Assembly (NCBI GenBank): GCA_963674945.2 | Contig: CAXXWQ010000004.1 | Location: 3,200,001-3,264,000, forward strand | DNA length: 64,000 nucleotides | Direction of reading: 5' to 3' | DNA from: an uncultured Desulfosarcina sp. | Lineage (GTDB): Bacteria; Desulfobacterota; Desulfobacteria; Desulfobacterales; Desulfosarcinaceae | Shown: piece by piece, positions 59,342 through 64,000 of the stretch | Numbering within the stretch: the first letter of the stretch is position 1 | Layout: every line of letters starts with the position of its first letter | Translations under genes and position numbers: made by a program | Notes under the pieces: generated by a model | Databases searched by the model: none | Seen by the model: only the letters and a program-made list of their open reading frames with translations | What the model was told of the DNA's origin: nothing

Positions 59342-61374
59342 AAAAGAAATCGGAAAAAATCAATAATATTAGAAATATCGGTATCATTGCGCACATCGAC
59401 GCGGGCAAGACGACGGTCACCGAACGCGTTCTCTACTACACGGGGAAATCCCATAAAATCGGAGAGGTGCACGATGGCGAAGCGGTGATGGACTGGATGG
59501 TGGACGAACAGGAACGGGGAATTACGATCACTTCTGCGGTCACTACCTGCAAGTGGAAGGACCGGGACATCCAGGTCATCGATACACCGGGACACGTCGA
59601 TTTCACTATCGAGGTGGAACGATCCTTACGGGTGCTGGACGGGGCCGTCGGCGTGTTTTGCGCCGTCGGCGGCGTGGAACCCCAGTCCGAGACGGTTTGG
59701 CGCCAGGCCGACCGATACAAGGTTCCGAAAATTGCCTTCGTCAACAAAATGGATCGTATCGGCGCCGATTTTTTCGGTACCGTCCAGATGATGAAAGATC
59801 GTCTGGCCGCCAAACCATTGATCATTCAGATTCCCGTGGGTGCGGAAGACGGCTTCACCGGGGTGGTGGATCTCATCGCCATGAAGCAGATCCGATGGGA
59901 TGACGATACCCTGGGGGCCAGCTTTGCCGAACTGGATATCGATGAAAACATTTTCGAGGATGCCAGGACCCACAGGGAGCAACTGCTCGAGACACTTGCC
60001 GAAGTGGACGATGAGATCATGGAGGCCTACCTTTCGGAAACGCCCATGGATGAGGATATGATTCGTGCCGCCATCCGAAAGGCCGTTATCGATTTGAAGC
60101 TGGTTCCGGTGTTGTGCGGCACCGCATTGAAAAATAAAGGAATCCAGCCCCTTCTGGATGCGATTGTGCAATATCTGCCAAGTCCCGCCGAGGTTCCGGC
60201 CATCCGGGGGGAAAATCCCGAAACCGGTGAACAGATCTTGTGCCAGCCGGAGGAGAAGGCACCGCTGGCGGCCCTGATTTTCAAGGTTTCCATGATGGAA
60301 GGTCGCAAGCTCTCCTTTGTCCGGGTGTACAGTGGAACGCTTCAGGCCGGCAGTGACGTGTTCAATCCCAGCCGAAAGAAAAAGGAGAAGCTGTCCCGGA
60401 TCCTCATGATGCACGCCAACAAACGGGAACGGGTGGATGCGGTGGGGCCGGGCTCCATCGTCGGGGTGGTGGGATTGAAAGAATCCTCGACGGGGGAGAC
60501 ACTTTGCCATCAGGACCATCCGGTGGTGCTGGAAAAGATGGATTTTTATGAACCCGTCATCTCCGTGGCCGTGGAGCCCAGGACCCATAGCGATCAGGAA
60601 AAACTGATGCAGGTGCTGGATAAATTCATGGCGGAAGATCCCACGCTGCGGGTTCGGGAGGATGAGGATACCGGCCAGATGATTCTTTCCGGGATGGGTG
60701 AATTGCATCTCGAAATCATCACCAGTCGCATGCAGCGGGAATTCAACACCCAGGTCAATGTGGGAAAACCCCAGGTCGTCTATCGGGAGACCATCGAAAG
60801 CGAAGCGTCGGGTCATGCCGTTTTCGACAAGGAGGTGGCCGGTAACCGTCACTTTGCCGAAGTAAAAATCAAGCTCGTTCCCCTTTCCCGTGGGGAAGGA
60901 AACCGATTTGATTCACAACTGAACGAGACGGTCATCGCCCCGGAATTGGTCAAAGCCGTGGAAAAAGGGGTGATGGAGTCCCTGGAGAGTGGTATTCTCA
61001 TGGGATATCCGGTGGTGGACGTGGGGGCCTTCTTGACGAACGCGACCACGAAAGAGTCCAATGGGACGGAACTGGCCTTTACCGTCGCTGCTTCCATGGC
61101 TGTTCGGGAGGCTTTGACCGCAGGAAGCTCCTTTCTCCTGGATCCAATCATGGCCGTGGAGGTGATCGTTCCCGAGGATTTCATGGGAGACGTGATCGGG
61201 GATCTCAACGCGCGTGGAGGAAAGATCGAAGCCATCGTCCCGAGAATGGGCGTTCAGATGATCAAGGCCACCGTTCCCCTTGCCAAGATGTTCGGCTATT
61301 CCACCGGTCTGCGATCCGCCACCCAGGGGCGGGGGACGTTTACCATGCAGTTCTCCCGGTTCGATAAAAATTGA
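59338..61374 (+). CDS. fusA: Elongation factor G paralogue (outside the str operon)
   Basis: [40 protein letters not shown]. Confidence 0.95.
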   Translation: MKKKSEKINNIRNIGIIAHIDAGKTTVTERVLYYTGKSHKIGEVHDGEAVMDWMVDEQERGITITSAVTTCKWKDRDIQVIDTPGHVDFTIEVERSLRVLDGAVGVFCAVGGVEPQSETVWRQADRYKVPKIAFVNKMDRIGADFFGTVQMMKDRLAAKPLIIQIPVGAEDGFTGVVDLIAMKQIRWDDDTLGASFAELDIDENIFEDARTHREQLLETLAEVDDEIMEAYLSETPMDEDMIRAAIRKAVIDLKLVPVLCGTALKNKGIQPLLDAIVQYLPSPAEVPAIRGENPETGEQILCQPEEKAPLAALIFKVSMMEGRKLSFVRVYSGTLQAGSDVFNPSRKKKEKLSRILMMHANKRERVDAVGPGSIVGVVGLKESSTGETLCHQDHPVVLEKMDFYEPVISVAVEPRTHSDQEKLMQVLDKFMAEDPTLRVREDEDTGQMILSGMGELHLEIITSRMQREFNTQVNVGKPQVVYRETIESEASGHAVFDKEVAGNRHFAEVKIKLVPLSRGEGNRFDSQLNETVIAPELVKAVEKGVMESLESGILMGYPVVDVGAFLTNATTKESNGTELAFTVAASMAVREALTAGSSFLLDPIMAVEVIVPEDFMGDVIGDLNARGGKIEAIVPRMGVQMIKATVPLAKMFGYSTGLRSATQGRGTFTMQFSRFDKN

Positions 61375-61395
61375 CGGCTCCGTAAAAAGTCCGAT

Positions 61396-62814
61396 TTACC
61401 CCATGGGCGGTTTTTTCCCGTTTTTCGGTTCTATCATCTTGAGCTGGCGATCCACCATCTCTCTCTGGGCTTCGTTCACGGCTATATTTCTCGCCCGTTT
61501 CAGGTGAAAATGGGCATTGTTCAGGTCCATTTTCTGCCGATAGAAAATACCGAGGTTATAGTGGGCGCCGAACATATCCCCCAGTCGGCTGCTGGCCTCT
61601 CCCAAATAGTAGTAGGCCTCGGTGTAATTTTCATCATCCCGTACGAGGTTTTCGAAGGTCTCTTTTGCATCGGCCGTGTGGTCCAGTTCCATTTGGGCGC
61701 GTCCCAGGTAGAGACTTCCCTCCGGGTATTTTGCGGACGCACCGGCCAACAGGGCCGACGATGCTTTCTCATACTCTCCGTCATGGAAGTAAATTTTTCC
61801 CAGATCCTGCAGCATATGGGCGGCCATGGCATTGCCCTCGATGGCCAGCTTCATATGCTCGGCGGCATCGTGCCATTTTTCTTCCCGTGTCAATGCCAGC
61901 GCGTACCCGTAGTTGGCCATGGGGTCTTTCGGCGATTTGTCGATTTTTCGTTTGAAGTGGTTCAGGGCCTCCCGTTCGTCGGTGTAAAGGGCTACAAGCC
62001 GCGTATGGGCAAGTTCGAAACCGCCGGTTTCGGGACGGTCGACCTGCTTTATGGGCGTGTGCTGGTGAAGCCAACTGTCGATGTAGATGATTCGTTCTTC
62101 CGATCCGGGGTGTGTCGTCAGATAGGTGGGGACTTCATTCGCCCCGTACCACTGCTTGCTGCGGATTTTTTTCAGCGATGTCAAAAGTCCCTCTCCGGTA
62201 TAGCCGGCATTCGTAAGATAGTCCAATCCGATCTGGTCGGCCTGCATCTCATCCTGGCGGCTGTAGGCCAAAACCGCCGACTGGCCGGCGGCAACGGACC
62301 CCATGGTCACGGCACCGGCAGCGGCGCCGGCGCCACCGGCACCCAACAGGACGCCTGCGACCATGCCCGCCAGGGTGGCCATACTGATCTTCTTGCTGCT
62401 TTCGATGCGTTGGGAGATGTGCCGGCAGGTGACATGGGCGATCTCATGGCCGATGATGCCGGCAAGTTCCTCCTCGGATTCCAGGGCGGCAAACAGTCCG
62501 CTATTGAAAAAGATGTGCCCGGCCGGCGTGGCAAAGGCGTTGTACACATCTTCATGGAGCACATGGAAATGATAGGTAAAGGGTTGCGGTGGCAGGGAAG
62601 AAACAATTCGATTGCCCACACGATTGACGTAATCGACGATGATCGGATCATGGATCAGGGGGAATTGGGCGCGGACGACCTCCATGAACTCCCTGGACAT
62701 TTCCCGCTCTTCTTGTATGGTGATACAATACCCTTTCGGCACAACGGGGCCCAGGGTGGCAGCGAGAAAAAAAAGCAATACCGACAATGCAAAAATTTTT
62801 TTATTTATCAACAT
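61396..62814 (-). CDS. M48-family metalloprotease with TPR repeats (BepA-like)
   Basis: NAFA.P.G, HEIAH, YSR.DE.QAD, YL.THP; C-terminal TPRs. Confidence 0.92.
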   Translation of the reverse strand: MLINKKIFALSVLLFFLAATLGPVVPKGYCITIQEEREMSREFMEVVRAQFPLIHDPIIVDYVNRVGNRIVSSLPPQPFTYHFHVLHEDVYNAFATPAGHIFFNSGLFAALESEEELAGIIGHEIAHVTCRHISQRIESSKKISMATLAGMVAGVLLGAGGAGAAAGAVTMGSVAAGQSAVLAYSRQDEMQADQIGLDYLTNAGYTGEGLLTSLKKIRSKQWYGANEVPTYLTTHPGSEERIIYIDSWLHQHTPIKQVDRPETGGFELAHTRLVALYTDEREALNHFKRKIDKSPKDPMANYGYALALTREEKWHDAAEHMKLAIEGNAMAAHMLQDLGKIYFHDGEYEKASSALLAGASAKYPEGSLYLGRAQMELDHTADAKETFENLVRDDENYTEAYYYLGEASSRLGDMFGAHYNLGIFYRQKMDLNNAHFHLKRARNIAVNEAQREMVDRQLKMIEPKNGKKPPMG

Positions 62815-62928
62815 TTTAAGTTATTTTAACGGCTACGGTTGAAAGCAGATTTCTCCCTTTCTACAAACTACAATGGCATATTCTAATCTACTTTTCAAAC
62901 TTCATGTTTTGTGTTAAAGATTTGCACC

Positions 62929-63708
62929 ATGGCACACACGATATGCATCGCCAACCAAAAGGGCGGCGTGGGAAAAACCACCACGGCCGTCAATCTCTCC
63001 GCCGCACTTGCCGTTTCCGAGAAACGGACGCTTCTGGTGGATTGTGATCCCCAGGCCAATGCGACGACCGGCGTGGGCGTGGATAAAGCCACGCTGGAAA
63101 AGACCCTCTATCATGGCCTCATCGGCGATGTCGGTGCCGCCGCGATTATCGTGGACACCCAGATCGACTCCCTGAAAGTGATGCCGTCCCGCGTGGAGTT
63201 GATCGGTTTCGATGTGGAGATGTTAGACGAATCCAATCGGGAACATTCCTTGCGTCGCCTCCTGGCCCAGGTGGAAAGCGACTTCGATTATATCGTTATC
63301 GACTGTCCTCCCTCCTTGAGCCTTTTAACGGTAAATGCCATGACGGCCGCCAATGCCCTTTTGATTCCACTTCAGTGTGAATTTTATGCACTGGAAGGTC
63401 TTAGTCAACTCGTCAAGACATTCAAACGCATAAAAAAAGGATTAAATCCGGCACTTACCGTTGCCGGTATTTTGCTGACCATGTTCGATCGCCGCACAAA
63501 TTTGAGCCATCAGGTGGCGCAGGACGCGGAACACCATTTCAAGAACCTGGTATTCAAAACGATGATTCCCCGTAATGTCCGCCTTGGCGAGGCACCCAGT
63601 TACGGCCAACCCATTTTGCTGTACGATGCCACATCACCCGGAGCGGTTAGCTATTTTTCCCTGGCCAAGGAGGTGATGGCCGCCAATCACGCCGGACGTG
63701 CCGCGTAG
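62929..63708 (+). CDS. parA: ParA/Soj ATPase
   Basis: NQKGGVGKTTT, DCDPQANAT, DCPPSL, IPRNVRL.EAPSYG. Confidence 0.96.
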   Translation: MAHTICIANQKGGVGKTTTAVNLSAALAVSEKRTLLVDCDPQANATTGVGVDKATLEKTLYHGLIGDVGAAAIIVDTQIDSLKVMPSRVELIGFDVEMLDESNREHSLRRLLAQVESDFDYIVIDCPPSLSLLTVNAMTAANALLIPLQCEFYALEGLSQLVKTFKRIKKGLNPALTVAGILLTMFDRRTNLSHQVAQDAEHHFKNLVFKTMIPRNVRLGEAPSYGQPILLYDATSPGAVSYFSLAKEVMAANHAGRAA

Positions 63709-63748
63709 CAGCATTCAACCCGTTGACCTTCGGTAATGTAGGATTTTC

Positions 63749-64000
63749 ATGTCGGCTAAACAAAAGGAAAAGAGCGCCGATGCCGGTGCAAAGAAAAAAC
63801 GCAAAGCAGCCTTGGGCCGCGGATTAGACGCCCTCATACCGGATTTGGGGAGTGTTGCGGAACTCAATTCCACGCCAGGTTCGTCGCAAAGTGACTACTT
63901 TTTGTGTGAAGTGGATATGATACGGCCGAACCGGTATCAGCCCCGTCGTCGTTTCTCCGATGAAGAGTTGGCGGAACTGGCCGAATCCGTACGTGTTCAG
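63749..64000 (+). CDS. parB: ParB, 3'-truncated by window edge (not in the ORF track)
   Basis: Hand translation MSAKQKEK...ALGRGLDALIP...IRPNRYQPRRRFS.EEL.ELA.SV. Confidence 0.93.
   Translation, partial: MSAKQKEKSADAGAKKKRKAALGRGLDALIPDLGSVAELNSTPGSSQSDYFLCEVDMIRPNRYQPRRRFSDEELAELAESVRVQ

Overview
Bacterial chromosome segment, most likely from a sulfate-reducing deltaproteobacterium of the Desulfobacterales type (inferred from gene content). Layout: (1) 1-17 kb housekeeping genes (ptsI, smpB, rsmA, rnc, dksA, fabD, hemA-ccsA-sirC), with a small cassette-like islet at 6.4-8.2 kb. (2) 17.4-21.3 kb: an F0-only, Na+-signature ATP synthase operon carrying a normal c subunit and a four-hairpin fused c subunit whose two central ion sites look disabled on both faces. 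(3) A PP2C-FHA-atypical membrane Ser/Thr kinase operon. (4) 25.7-40.2 kb: a decayed accessory region with a dead integron integrase, attC-like relics, an IS4 insertion with target-site duplication, an IS91 relic, a group II intron 3' relic and toxin-antitoxin loci. (5) 40.3-49.3 kb: a selenocysteine formate dehydrogenase converging on metV-metF-hdrA-hdrA/mvhD plus a second UGA-readthrough HdrD/DsrK-like Fe-S protein. (6) A FadR-like fatty-acid catabolic cluster with ETF and a membrane Fe-S oxidoreductase. (7) A divergent EF-G paralogue, an M48 protease and parAB. No rRNA, tRNA or CRISPR array was seen. All calls come from reading motifs by eye; no database searches were run, so novelty is unverified.
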